Of a stretch of 52,095 bases of DNA, positions 7,772 to 18,500 are shown in pieces. Below the pieces are notes generated by a model. That model was not told where the DNA came from, searched no databases, and saw nothing but the letters and a program-made list of their open reading frames with translations. The translations under genes were made by a program, and so were the position numbers. This DNA is from a virus (taxonomy: Duplodnaviria > Caudoviricetes): positions 1 through 52,095 of the IMG/VR virus record IMGVR_UViG_3300030118_002480, one strand, 5' to 3'. The first letter of the stretch is position 1, and the number at the start of each line of letters is the position of its first letter.

Positions 7772-10700
7772 TGCCTAAAAGATTAATAGAAATAAACAAG
7801 TTTACAGGAGGAATAGTAAGTACTCCATCTGCAACAGATACTGATGAGCAGTCTGCTAAATATTCATTAAACATAGACCCACAAACATCTGATGGACGAT
7901 TACAAAGTATAGACAGTGATAAATATCTTACATCTGATGGGTTTGCTAGTACAGGCACAAAGTTAACTGTGCAGTATGTAAGAGAAATGATTACAGTGCC
8001 TGATAAAAATAACAAAACCTCTTTAAATCTTGTTATAGGAAGAAATTCATCTCTAGGAAATGATTTTATAGATACAATATCTATAGTTAAAGATTTATAT
8101 GGAAAAAATATTGCTTTACAAGATTTGAATGACAGTTCTTTAAGCTCTATAACAAGTGAATATGATTTTCAATCTAATGATGATAAAGTGTTTATTGGAC
8201 TTGGAGGTTCACCATCATCTTCATCAAAAGTAGTGATGACTCCTAGCGGCACAACTATTAATGGTCAAGATAAAGGTGGAATTGATTTATTTGATGCTGA
8301 ATTATTTCCTCCAAACGCAACATCATTTTCGTCAATGTTTTCAGAATTTACAACATTTCCAATACATGGAAATACTGTTGGAACAAAGAATCTTGCTCAA
8401 GATGATTCTGATACTCCATTGTCTGTAATATATCCTGATTACGATAAAGCAGTTACTATAAACAGTGGAGTTACATTATACAAAACATTAAACCAAGATG
8501 CTGCTGTTCCAAATTCAGGTATATTAGCAGGCCTTAAAGTTGGTCAAATATTTAAATGCGCTGATGATACAGACACATTAGATGATGCTTTACTTGCTTG
8601 GAAACGATATGATTATGATATGTATGCTTCGGCAATAGCAGCTCATGATTTATTTATGTTTTGTGGATATTTAAATGAAGGTAGTTATGTAGATGTTCCT
8701 GTATTAAGATTTATAGGAAATGCTGCTACTCAAACTGCAGCTTTTACGTATGCTATAAAAGATGAAAGTTCTTCTTTATATAAAATTAGTTTAACGACAA
8801 CAGTTGATGCTACTGCTTTTCCTACCAGTTCAAATACAGATATTGTAAAAGATTCTTTAGGTGCAGATTATACTATAAAAAATGTTGGCAGTCGAATAAC
8901 CTCAATTGACTTATCAAGCCTTTCTAATTGGCAAGGTGGATACATTAGCGCTTTTTCTGCATGCAGTAGTCCACCTCTTTATAATTCAATAGGTTTAGCA
9001 AGTGAAGGTAGGGACCCACATGAAACAAATGGTGAAATTTATTATAATAACGGACATTTAAAAATATTATATAGACACGGTATATTTTATATTGGTAATA
9101 AAAATCAAACAAGTGCAATGTATAGATTAAATGCTATTGATTTTCATTCTTTAACAGATTTAGGTGTTAAAATAGAAGGTATTAGATTAGATTTTTCAAG
9201 AATTCCTGACCAATTACATGCTGAAGGTGGAAAAGGAATCGTTAGAAGAACTATTGAAGACCAACTTTTAAATCCACCAGAAGACCCTGCGCGACATACA
9301 TGGAGCAATATCCCTCAAAATGCTGAAATTATAGGTATATGTGAAACCTTTGATTGTGGTCAAATAACAAAAATAACTCCAGAAACTGGTAGTAATACAT
9401 ATAGTAATGTTTTTGGATATAAAATTACGGGTGGTAGTGGTGGCCAACACAGATTAACTAGTGGAGATAAGGTTAGATTTGCTGGTATGACAATTAGCGC
9501 TGATTCTCATTCTGTTGTTACTTCTAGTGCTTTAGAAGATTTTAATGTAAGCGCACCCTATGAAGTAAGTGTCGTAGAAGAAGGACAAGCTTTTTGGATA
9601 AATTCTGGCAGTGCAAGTAAAATTCCAGAAGCACATATTGGTCCTAATTATAGGGCTGCTATGTGGTGGAATGCTAAAGTATGGGTTTTGTATGGTAAAA
9701 AATCAAATACAGCATCTTTTGATAAATGGGATTTATTTTTATATAATGCAAATACATTAGAAATGGACAACAGCCGAAATATTTATATGGCTGATAGAAC
9801 TCCTCCATTTCAACAAGCAAGATATTATGAAACTACTACAAAAGATTCTGATGAAATAGGTAAAATATGGTATCCTGGGCAATTTGCGTTTATAAAAAAA
9901 GACCCTACTCCAGGTTTTAGCAATGCAGGAACAGATGATGGTGAATATGAAGGACAAGGGTTGCAAATTGGAGATGTTGCTTTGCCAGGCTCGTTTGTTG
10001 GTGATGAATCAGGTGACCAAGATTCAGGTATGTTTTGTGAAATTGCTTTTTATGACAAGGCAGGAAGATGGTCTTCTGCTGGAACAAAAAATGTGTTTCC
10101 AGAAGATGCAACTAATTTTGATAACCCTGTTGATTGGGTTGGAGGACTTGATGGTCCAATAGCAACTATAGGAACTCAAGATTCCCCGTATGGACATCTT
10201 AATGGCGCTTTAATGATTGGAAATAATATAGGATGGTCTACTGAAGAAAATGAACATAGACAAGTAAAACCATTGAATAATTCTTTACATCCACATGTTC
10301 CATATTCTACTTTATACAATAGTAATTTAGTTTATTGCGGGTTTAATAAATTTGATAGCAGTTCAATAGGTGGCGCAAACCATGAAGCTGTAAATTATGC
10401 TGATTATTTATATAATGGAGATGGCTATAGTGAACCTGACGATAGATTAAAAAATCACAATAGGCCAAAACATGCTGTAACTTTTATAGGTAAAGTTAAA
10501 GGAACTTTTGTAGCGCATCCAGGTATTATCCAAAGAACTGGAATACTTTCAACTATGTTTTCTCATGACCGTATGGATAGAGCTTTTGAAGTCAATAAAA
10601 ATTATCCAAGTAAATTAAAAAAATATAATGATGATTATACATTGTTTACAATAGATGATTTTAGTGGCCATTCAGGTTCTGTTATACAGGATAATGGCGA

Positions 10701-13700
10701 TTTAAGCATGAGTCTTAGTAACTCTAATAACGATGAAAAAACTCCATTAGGGGGAGTAGTAACGTGGAGACCTAATTTTGGAGGACCTGAAATAGAAAAT
10801 CCTAAATTTAGACAAACTACAAGAATTATAAATGGTATAGAAGTTGGGTCTTTAAGTAGTGTTAATGGAGGTTATGGTCATAGCAATCCAAGTGATAATG
10901 ATAAAGGTTGGGATGGTTATGCTCCACCATGTTTATTTAACCCAGGAAGCGGTTATTATGTTTATATAAATCGTTCATGGCAAAATATGTCAGAAATAAA
11001 TGCAAGACCTTTAAATCCAATTTTTTACGCTAATTACACTAGTAATGTAACAACTTGTTGGGGGTTTAACAGTACTTTAGATTCTGTTGGAAGATTTAAT
11101 AATTTTAGTAGTACCTGTATATCTGATAATGTTGCAACGCATTCAAGAGCTATTATAAAACAAAATATAAATGATAGTAATCGATATATCAATATGGAAG
11201 CACCTGCACATGAATCTGATGGTAATTCTATTAGTACTAGATTTTATCATGTACCTAATAATACTTATGTTGCAGGTTCTGGCGAATTTAATTTAACTTT
11301 TCGAAGCATGCCTAGTCACGCACAATCTATTTGCACTATGCATAAATTATCTATATCAAATGAACATGCTATTAATAATATATTTCCAGTAATTTTAAAT
11401 ACTAATATTGCTACTGACCAAACCGCAGGTGGAGATTTTGTTCCTGCATACATTTGTGGACTTACCAATGAAGGAACTAATGATAGCGGAATAGCTATAA
11501 TAAGAACTAATTTTGATTATATATGGGATAAATATGCAAACAATTTAGATAGTAGCGTAGATGGTTCATTTGACCAAGCTATACTATTTACAAATCATTC
11601 AGAACCTTCATCTGAAAGTCTTCCTTATAGATATGCTCTAAACAGACGAGGTACTCATCTTGCAGAAATAATAGACATAACTGATGCAAATACTGCTTAT
11701 GCTTCAACTACTGATAGTTTAGATGGAATGCAAATAAAACAAATAAATATAGATACATATAATGACAATGTTATTGGAAATAAATTAGTAGCATTAAGCC
11801 AAAAACCACTTAAAGGATTTACCGCTACATCAGTAATTGCAGATGCTGATTTTGATGTATGGGTTCAAACTAATTCTGAAGATGGTTCTAGTTTGTTTTT
11901 AGGCTATGAAGACAACGCATACACTAGAAACGTTGGTTCTCCTTTAGATGAAGATTTAAATGGTACGTTTTTTAGTGCAAATTCAGGAAAAATATTTGAT
12001 TCTGTAAACGATTCAACTATTCTTACAACACTTACTGGAGGATTAGATTTTGCAAACTCTGCTCAAGGTACTTCAGGAAATATAGTAGAAGGAGATTATT
12101 ATTATAAACTTGCTTATGAATATGATGATATATATCATTCTCCTTTAACTTCTACTTCTATAAAACATACAGTAAGTCCAACTGTTGCTGGTGAAGTGTT
12201 TGACTATATAAGTGTTACAGTTCAGCTACCATCGTCTATTGTTACTTCTATTCCTAAAAGAGTTACTGGAATTGCTGTATATAGAAAATTTGAAGGTGGG
12301 GAAGATGATGCTTATAGTTTAGTAAATATTGTTAAAATATCTGATAATTGGATTTATAATAGTGCTAATGACATTTATACAAAAACAATTTATGATAAAG
12401 ATACTTTAATGGGAACATATTTTGCTAATAATGGAATAGATGAAACATTACAAAATACATCATTAAATTATGGGTTATCTGCTGTAAATCAAGGATATTT
12501 ATTCGTAACTAAAGCTTTTCATCCTAATTTAAGTGATGTTAAAAATTATATATTTAGGTCGCAACCTGATAACTTTTTTACTTTTAATTGGATAGAAGAT
12601 TTTGTTATAATGCCTGAAGTGCCTATAGCAATGGTTAGTTTTAATAGCAGACTATATGTATGGGGTCAAAACGCATTGTATAAATTAGACCCATTTAGTA
12701 TGCTTATAGAAGATACGTATGAAGGTGTTAGTATTATAAATAAAGACTCTTTTGTTAAAACAGAATATGGTCTTTGTTTTATGGATAAAAACAATGTGTA
12801 TATACACGATGGCAATAAACCTGTAGCTATAGCAGATGCTATATTGTATTCATCTAATGATTCTGTTGTTTACAATACGACTGGAACTGATGGATATATA
12901 AAACTTCAACAAGGCTATAGAGAACTAGTAGAGCAAACTATTACTAATGGGCATAAGCCACATATAACATATTCTGGAAAACATAATAGTTTTTTAGTTC
13001 ATTTATCTAATGCCTCAACAGATGGAAAAACATTTGCTTTTAATTTAAATAAAAGAAGATGGGATTTGTGGGATTCTCCAAAACCTTATGCAATAACATC
13101 TTCTAAAGATTCTGATATTATTATTGCAGATACAGACAATATATATAATTATATTGACCTTAAATCTGAAGAGTTTACAGACTACAATAGACGAACATGG
13201 GATTGGTTTAGTAAAGACATTAATTTTGGAACAGATACTCAAGACAAAGTATTTAGAAGCATTAAGTTTTTAGGTACTCCTAGTATATATGAAACAGGAA
13301 ATACAATAGGTGTATATGATTCTTCTAATTCTAAAACAGCATCTGTTCAAGCATATGTAGATAATGATTTAGTTGATTTGACAGTTAAAAATAAGTTTTA
13401 TGAAACTATTAATTTAGGTGGAACGTATTTATTTAGTAATTTGTTTGATGCTAATCCTACAGTGTCTACGTTGCATATTAAAACACAAATTCAGCCTAAT
13501 ACTTCTAATGGAGCAGGCACTCAAGTAAATGAAGGTAATCAGAGTTTTATAAGAGCTGGACATTTAATTAAAATACAAAATGAAATTATGTTAGTTAAAA
13601 GCGTTACAAACTATACAAGTTTTACGGAATTATTTGTTGAAAGAGCAGTAATGGGAACTACAGGAGAAGTTCATATAGGTGGAGTAACTCAAACTATAGA

Positions 13701-13827
13701 TATAGTATCTCCTATACTTAAGTTTCCAGCAGGAACAAAGGGTAAAAATCTTAGTATTAGACTTACTGGGCAAAAAGGATATATTGATTCTATTGGTGTA
13801 GTTTACAAACCTAAAAGTATTAAATAA
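7771..13827 (+). CDS. Large tail nozzle/stabilization-like protein
   Basis: N-terminal EINKFTGG motif, beta-propeller-like C-terminal region (YIFRSQPD, SFNSRLYVW, FVKTEYGLCFMDKNNVYIHDG, WFSKDINFG), position after adaptors. Confidence 0.65.
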   Translation: MPKRLIEINKFTGGIVSTPSATDTDEQSAKYSLNIDPQTSDGRLQSIDSDKYLTSDGFASTGTKLTVQYVREMITVPDKNNKTSLNLVIGRNSSLGNDFIDTISIVKDLYGKNIALQDLNDSSLSSITSEYDFQSNDDKVFIGLGGSPSSSSKVVMTPSGTTINGQDKGGIDLFDAELFPPNATSFSSMFSEFTTFPIHGNTVGTKNLAQDDSDTPLSVIYPDYDKAVTINSGVTLYKTLNQDAAVPNSGILAGLKVGQIFKCADDTDTLDDALLAWKRYDYDMYASAIAAHDLFMFCGYLNEGSYVDVPVLRFIGNAATQTAAFTYAIKDESSSLYKISLTTTVDATAFPTSSNTDIVKDSLGADYTIKNVGSRITSIDLSSLSNWQGGYISAFSACSSPPLYNSIGLASEGRDPHETNGEIYYNNGHLKILYRHGIFYIGNKNQTSAMYRLNAIDFHSLTDLGVKIEGIRLDFSRIPDQLHAEGGKGIVRRTIEDQLLNPPEDPARHTWSNIPQNAEIIGICETFDCGQITKITPETGSNTYSNVFGYKITGGSGGQHRLTSGDKVRFAGMTISADSHSVVTSSALEDFNVSAPYEVSVVEEGQAFWINSGSASKIPEAHIGPNYRAAMWWNAKVWVLYGKKSNTASFDKWDLFLYNANTLEMDNSRNIYMADRTPPFQQARYYETTTKDSDEIGKIWYPGQFAFIKKDPTPGFSNAGTDDGEYEGQGLQIGDVALPGSFVGDESGDQDSGMFCEIAFYDKAGRWSSAGTKNVFPEDATNFDNPVDWVGGLDGPIATIGTQDSPYGHLNGALMIGNNIGWSTEENEHRQVKPLNNSLHPHVPYSTLYNSNLVYCGFNKFDSSSIGGANHEAVNYADYLYNGDGYSEPDDRLKNHNRPKHAVTFIGKVKGTFVAHPGIIQRTGILSTMFSHDRMDRAFEVNKNYPSKLKKYNDDYTLFTIDDFSGHSGSVIQDNGDLSMSLSNSNNDEKTPLGGVVTWRPNFGGPEIENPKFRQTTRIINGIEVGSLSSVNGGYGHSNPSDNDKGWDGYAPPCLFNPGSGYYVYINRSWQNMSEINARPLNPIFYANYTSNVTTCWGFNSTLDSVGRFNNFSSTCISDNVATHSRAIIKQNINDSNRYINMEAPAHESDGNSISTRFYHVPNNTYVAGSGEFNLTFRSMPSHAQSICTMHKLSISNEHAINNIFPVILNTNIATDQTAGGDFVPAYICGLTNEGTNDSGIAIIRTNFDYIWDKYANNLDSSVDGSFDQAILFTNHSEPSSESLPYRYALNRRGTHLAEIIDITDANTAYASTTDSLDGMQIKQINIDTYNDNVIGNKLVALSQKPLKGFTATSVIADADFDVWVQTNSEDGSSLFLGYEDNAYTRNVGSPLDEDLNGTFFSANSGKIFDSVNDSTILTTLTGGLDFANSAQGTSGNIVEGDYYYKLAYEYDDIYHSPLTSTSIKHTVSPTVAGEVFDYISVTVQLPSSIVTSIPKRVTGIAVYRKFEGGEDDAYSLVNIVKISDNWIYNSANDIYTKTIYDKDTLMGTYFANNGIDETLQNTSLNYGLSAVNQGYLFVTKAFHPNLSDVKNYIFRSQPDNFFTFNWIEDFVIMPEVPIAMVSFNSRLYVWGQNALYKLDPFSMLIEDTYEGVSIINKDSFVKTEYGLCFMDKNNVYIHDGNKPVAIADAILYSSNDSVVYNTTGTDGYIKLQQGYRELVEQTITNGHKPHITYSGKHNSFLVHLSNASTDGKTFAFNLNKRRWDLWDSPKPYAITSSKDSDIIIADTDNIYNYIDLKSEEFTDYNRRTWDWFSKDINFGTDTQDKVFRSIKFLGTPSIYETGNTIGVYDSSNSKTASVQAYVDNDLVDLTVKNKFYETINLGGTYLFSNLFDANPTVSTLHIKTQIQPNTSNGAGTQVNEGNQSFIRAGHLIKIQNEIMLVKSVTNYTSFTELFVERAVMGTTGEVHIGGVTQTIDIVSPILKFPAGTKGKNLSIRLTGQKGYIDSIGVVYKPKSIK

Positions 13828-15533
13828 TGGCTAGAAGACGCCTTACAAGAAAAAAAGTTAATGACCCTATAGTAGATACTGCTTTAAGAGATATATACGA
13901 TAAAATAGAGCATTTAATGCCTGAAACAGCTGGCAAGGCTTCTAAAACAGCACCGCAAATAGGTGATTTTCAACTTGTTAACAATGGTGACCAAACATCC
14001 TTAGCTCAATATACTGAAGAAGGTTGGATGGTAGATATGAACTCTAATTATGCTAGCGTATCTAATTCTAAAGACTTTAGACCTTCTGTTGGCTCATCTG
14101 GTAAAAGCAGAACCCCTGTAAAAGGAGAAGCTGTAAGATATGATAGAAATAAAAACATTGCTATTACAAACGATAAACAAGAAAGACTTTTATTAAATAA
14201 TACAGGCAATGAATTACGCGTTAGAAATGCTAATAATACAGCAGATGCTAAAGTAGTAGCTAAAAATTTTAATGTTACAGGAGGTACAGCAGCTAATGTA
14301 GGAGACATTACCCATGAACCTAAAACAGATTCACAAACTGATATTGTTAAAATAACAACAAATAATTTATTTATTCCAGGTGCATTAACAGGTGAATCAG
14401 TTCAAACAGCTGTAACTATTCAATCTAATGCAGACCAAGACGCAGTTATATCTTTAGGAGATACTACTCCTAATTGGGTTATGGGACTTGATGTTTCTGA
14501 TAATAATGGAACTAGTGCCTCAGGTAAATTTAAAATACACGCAACAACTGATAGTACTTTGCCTGATGCAGCAGATTTTGAATTAGATGTAGATGGTAAC
14601 CTTGTAACTGCAGGTACTATAACAGATGGCAGTGGAAATGTGTTGGGTGCAGATTCTAGTATATTAAAAACAGGTACTTCAGCACCTACATCAGCATCTG
14701 ATTTTTCAGCAGGAAATGGCTCTATGTTATGGGATACTACTACTTCAAATTTATATGGATTAAAAAATGATGGTGGTAAAATATTTAAATGGTCAGGAGC
14801 AGATTATTTAGATTTGCAATTTAACATTAGTGGATTTAATGATAATATTATAGGAAATACTATACTCATAACAGCTGGTGGTACTTCAGTTAATTCTAAC
14901 CTTCATTTTGATTGTACATTTAACAATCCTTCGGGAGGTACTTTTGCTGGAAGTATTACACATTCAGGAGAAACTAATTCAGGACAAGCTGGTTTTCCTT
15001 TATCTTTTACTCAAGCAGATTGCACTGGAAATCCATTGCAACTCATTAATTTTAATGATGGTTCAACTATAGATTTATTATCACCTGATAATGCAGATAG
15101 TTGGACTTCTGGTCGAAAAAGACAATCATTTACTATTGGCGTTAGCGATGGCAGCACAACTAAATTTGCTTATATAAATATTGATTTTAAAAATAAATTT
15201 TTTTATGGATATAGCACACAAGCAACTGCTTTGTCTAATATTCCATATAGTCTTAGCGGAGGAGGTGATTCTTTTGTTGCAACATCTATACCTACTTTAG
15301 CTCCTACATCAATAACAACTTCAGCAGCTGATAATTATATATGGGTATGCTATCCTTCTAGATTAACTGGTTCAGCTCCAACATTTAAAATTAATGGTTT
15401 TGCTACCACATTTATTGAAAATACTAATTCAAATACAGCAAATAGTGCATCTTATGCTTATATAGAAGAATTTAAATTATGGCGTAGTCCTAATAGTTAT
15501 AATAATGCAACACTTACATTGGAGATAAGCTAA
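13827..15533 (+). CDS. Tail-associated protein
   Basis: Coupled to the nozzle gene; T/S/G/N-rich; C-terminal YIWVCYPS...FKING beta domain. Confidence 0.6.
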   Translation: MARRRLTRKKVNDPIVDTALRDIYDKIEHLMPETAGKASKTAPQIGDFQLVNNGDQTSLAQYTEEGWMVDMNSNYASVSNSKDFRPSVGSSGKSRTPVKGEAVRYDRNKNIAITNDKQERLLLNNTGNELRVRNANNTADAKVVAKNFNVTGGTAANVGDITHEPKTDSQTDIVKITTNNLFIPGALTGESVQTAVTIQSNADQDAVISLGDTTPNWVMGLDVSDNNGTSASGKFKIHATTDSTLPDAADFELDVDGNLVTAGTITDGSGNVLGADSSILKTGTSAPTSASDFSAGNGSMLWDTTTSNLYGLKNDGGKIFKWSGADYLDLQFNISGFNDNIIGNTILITAGGTSVNSNLHFDCTFNNPSGGTFAGSITHSGETNSGQAGFPLSFTQADCTGNPLQLINFNDGSTIDLLSPDNADSWTSGRKRQSFTIGVSDGSTTKFAYINIDFKNKFFYGYSTQATALSNIPYSLSGGGDSFVATSIPTLAPTSITTSAADNYIWVCYPSRLTGSAPTFKINGFATTFIENTNSNTANSASYAYIEEFKLWRSPNSYNNATLTLEIS

Positions 15534-18500
15534 TGGCTGTAGAAATAGGAGATGTGTTAGGAGGTATTGGTAGTGGATATAGTTATAGACTTATAAAAGC
15601 TAAAGATATTAATGTTACAGAAGCAGATGCATTAACTAGTTTAACTGATGCGGATATATTTATTGTAGACGATAACGCAGCGGGAACTCAAGCTTCTACA
15701 AATAAAATAACAGCTGCTAATATGAAAACTTATTTTCAAACAAATGTATTAGCAACTACAGTTACTGTTTCAGATAGTACTTCAAATACAAATTTTCCAG
15801 TAGTATTTCATGACGAATCTAATGCTTTATTAGATGATACTGGTGCGTTAAGATATAATCCAAGCACAGGGACACTATTAGTTCCAAATTTATCAGTTAG
15901 TGGAACAACAACGCAAGTTGATACTGTAACAATGAACGCTCAAAATGCAGTAGTTTTTGAAGGAGCGACTCCAGATGACCATGAAACAACGCTTTCAATA
16001 GTAGACCCTACAGCTGACCGCACTCAATATTTAATTAATCAAAGTGGCTATATTCCATTATTACAAGCATCTACAACTACTGCAATAACTTCTACTCCAG
16101 AAGAATTAAATATACTTGATGGAGTAACTGCTACTGCTAGTGAATTGAATATTTTAGATGGCGTAACTGCAACTGCTACTGAAATAAACATATTAGACGG
16201 GTTAACAGCGTCTACTACCGAAATTAATCTTTTAGATGGAACAACAACAGGAACAGTTGTAGCTAGTAAAACAGTTGCAGTCGATTCAAATAAAGATATT
16301 ACAGGGTTTAGAAATATAACTTTAACAGGTGAATTAGACGCTGTTAGTTTAGATATATCAGGCAATGTAGATATTGATGGAACTTTAGAAGCAGATGCTA
16401 TAACAGTAGATGGAGTTGCTTTAACAACTTATATTTCAAATACTGTTGTAAATGCTTCTTTATTAGCTTCAACAGTAGGTGTATATGCAAACAATAGTAC
16501 TAACGAAACAGTTTATCCAGTATTTTCAGATGTAGCTACAGGAAATGTAGGTTTAGAATCAGATACTGGGCTTACATACAATCCAAGTACTGGGCTATTA
16601 ACAGCTACAGCATTTTCTGGTAATGTAACTGGCAATGTAACTGGTAATGTAACTGGCTCATCTGGCTCAACTACTGGCAATGCAGTTACTGCTACAGCAT
16701 TAGAAACAGCAAGAAACATTGGAGGTGTGTCATTCGATGGTACTGCAAACATAGACCTTCCAGGTGTAAATACAGGAGGCACTCAAAATACGACAGGAAG
16801 AGCAAATACAGCTTCAACATTAGCAAACTCAAGGCAAATAGGTGGTGTACCTTTTGACGGTAGTCAAAATATAACTCTTCCAGGCGTAAATGCAGCAGGT
16901 AACCAAAATACATCAGGCAATGCTGCGACTGCGACTGCTCTTGAAACGGCAAGAAATATAGGCGGAGCATCTTTTGATGGAACAGCAGATATTGATTTGC
17001 CTGGAGTAAATACAGCAGGAAATCAAAATACATCAGGTACTGCGGCTGTAGCAACTGATGTTACGCTTACATCTTATTCAGGCTCTGACGCACAATGTTT
17101 TCCTGTTTTTGGATTAAATGGAGCAGGAAATCAATCCTTGAACACAGATTTTAGTTTACAATGGAATGCTAGTTCTAATGTTTTAACTGCACCTTATTTT
17201 GTTGGTGATTTAACGGGTGATGTTACAGGTAATGTATCTGGGTCTTCTGGTTCATGCACTGGTAATGCTGCAACTGCAACTTTAGCATCAACTGTAACTA
17301 TTACAGATAATGAAAATACTAATGAAATTAATGCAATTGTATTTACTTCAAGCGGTGCTCTTGAAGGTGGAGATTTAGGATTAGAATCTGATGGTAATTT
17401 AACTTACAATCCAGCATCAGGAACATTAACTGCTACTGTTTTTAGTGGAGCGCTTTTGGGAAATGCTTCAACTGCAAGTTCAGCAAGTACAATCACTGGA
17501 GGTATTCAAAGTAATATTACAACATGCGTTAATCTTGCTACTGTTGGTACAATTGGAACGGGGGTTTGGGAAGGAACTAATATTGCTATTGCACATGGTG
17601 GAACTGGAGCTTCTAATAGCGATGACTGGTTAAACAGCAGAATAACTACAAATGCAGATGGTACTTTAAATTATGATGCTACTAGTGCAACTGCTCCTAA
17701 TCATGATAGTTTAGCAGGATTTGAACCAAATGAACATATAGATTGGACTGGAGCAAGCGCTGGAACTATACATGCTACTAATTACACCAATACGACTTAT
17801 AGTGTAATGGACACAAATAATAGTTATGCTGCTGGATTAGTTCCTGGTGGTAACGAAACTCATAATGATACTTATCTTAGAAAAGATGGTACTTGGGCTG
17901 CTCCTCCTACAGGAACTACTATTACTAATTATATTACAAATGATGCAGATGATACTATGGAAGGCACTTTAACTATAGATAAAGATTATTCTGGTACTAC
18001 TGGTGCTGTTATTAAAGGTTTAGTTGTTGATGCAGACCAAACAGGTAGTTTAGCTTCTAGTCAAATATTACAAGTTACTGGAATTGAAGTAGATATTGAA
18101 AATGATTCTAATTCTCATGCTGGTAGTTCTTCTATTATAAATTATGGAGCAAAAATTAATCTAGATACAAGTATTGCTGGTGGGAATGGTGGTGCTAATT
18201 ATGGTTTGCATGTTACGACAACGGGTGCAAATACATCAAGCTCTTACGGTTTATTTATAAACAATATAGATGGCGGTGACGACATTAAATTAAGAAGCTC
18301 TGCTAACAATGCTGATTATTCTACTATATCAACTACTACTAATGGAGCTACAACAATTTTAACAAAAGATGGAACAGGGGAACTTGCTCATCTTACATTA
18401 GATATAGATGGCGATATAGAACTTAATGCTGATGGTGGAGATATTATATTTAAAGATGACACTGCTCCATTAGCTACAATTAATTCTGATGGTTTAACCA

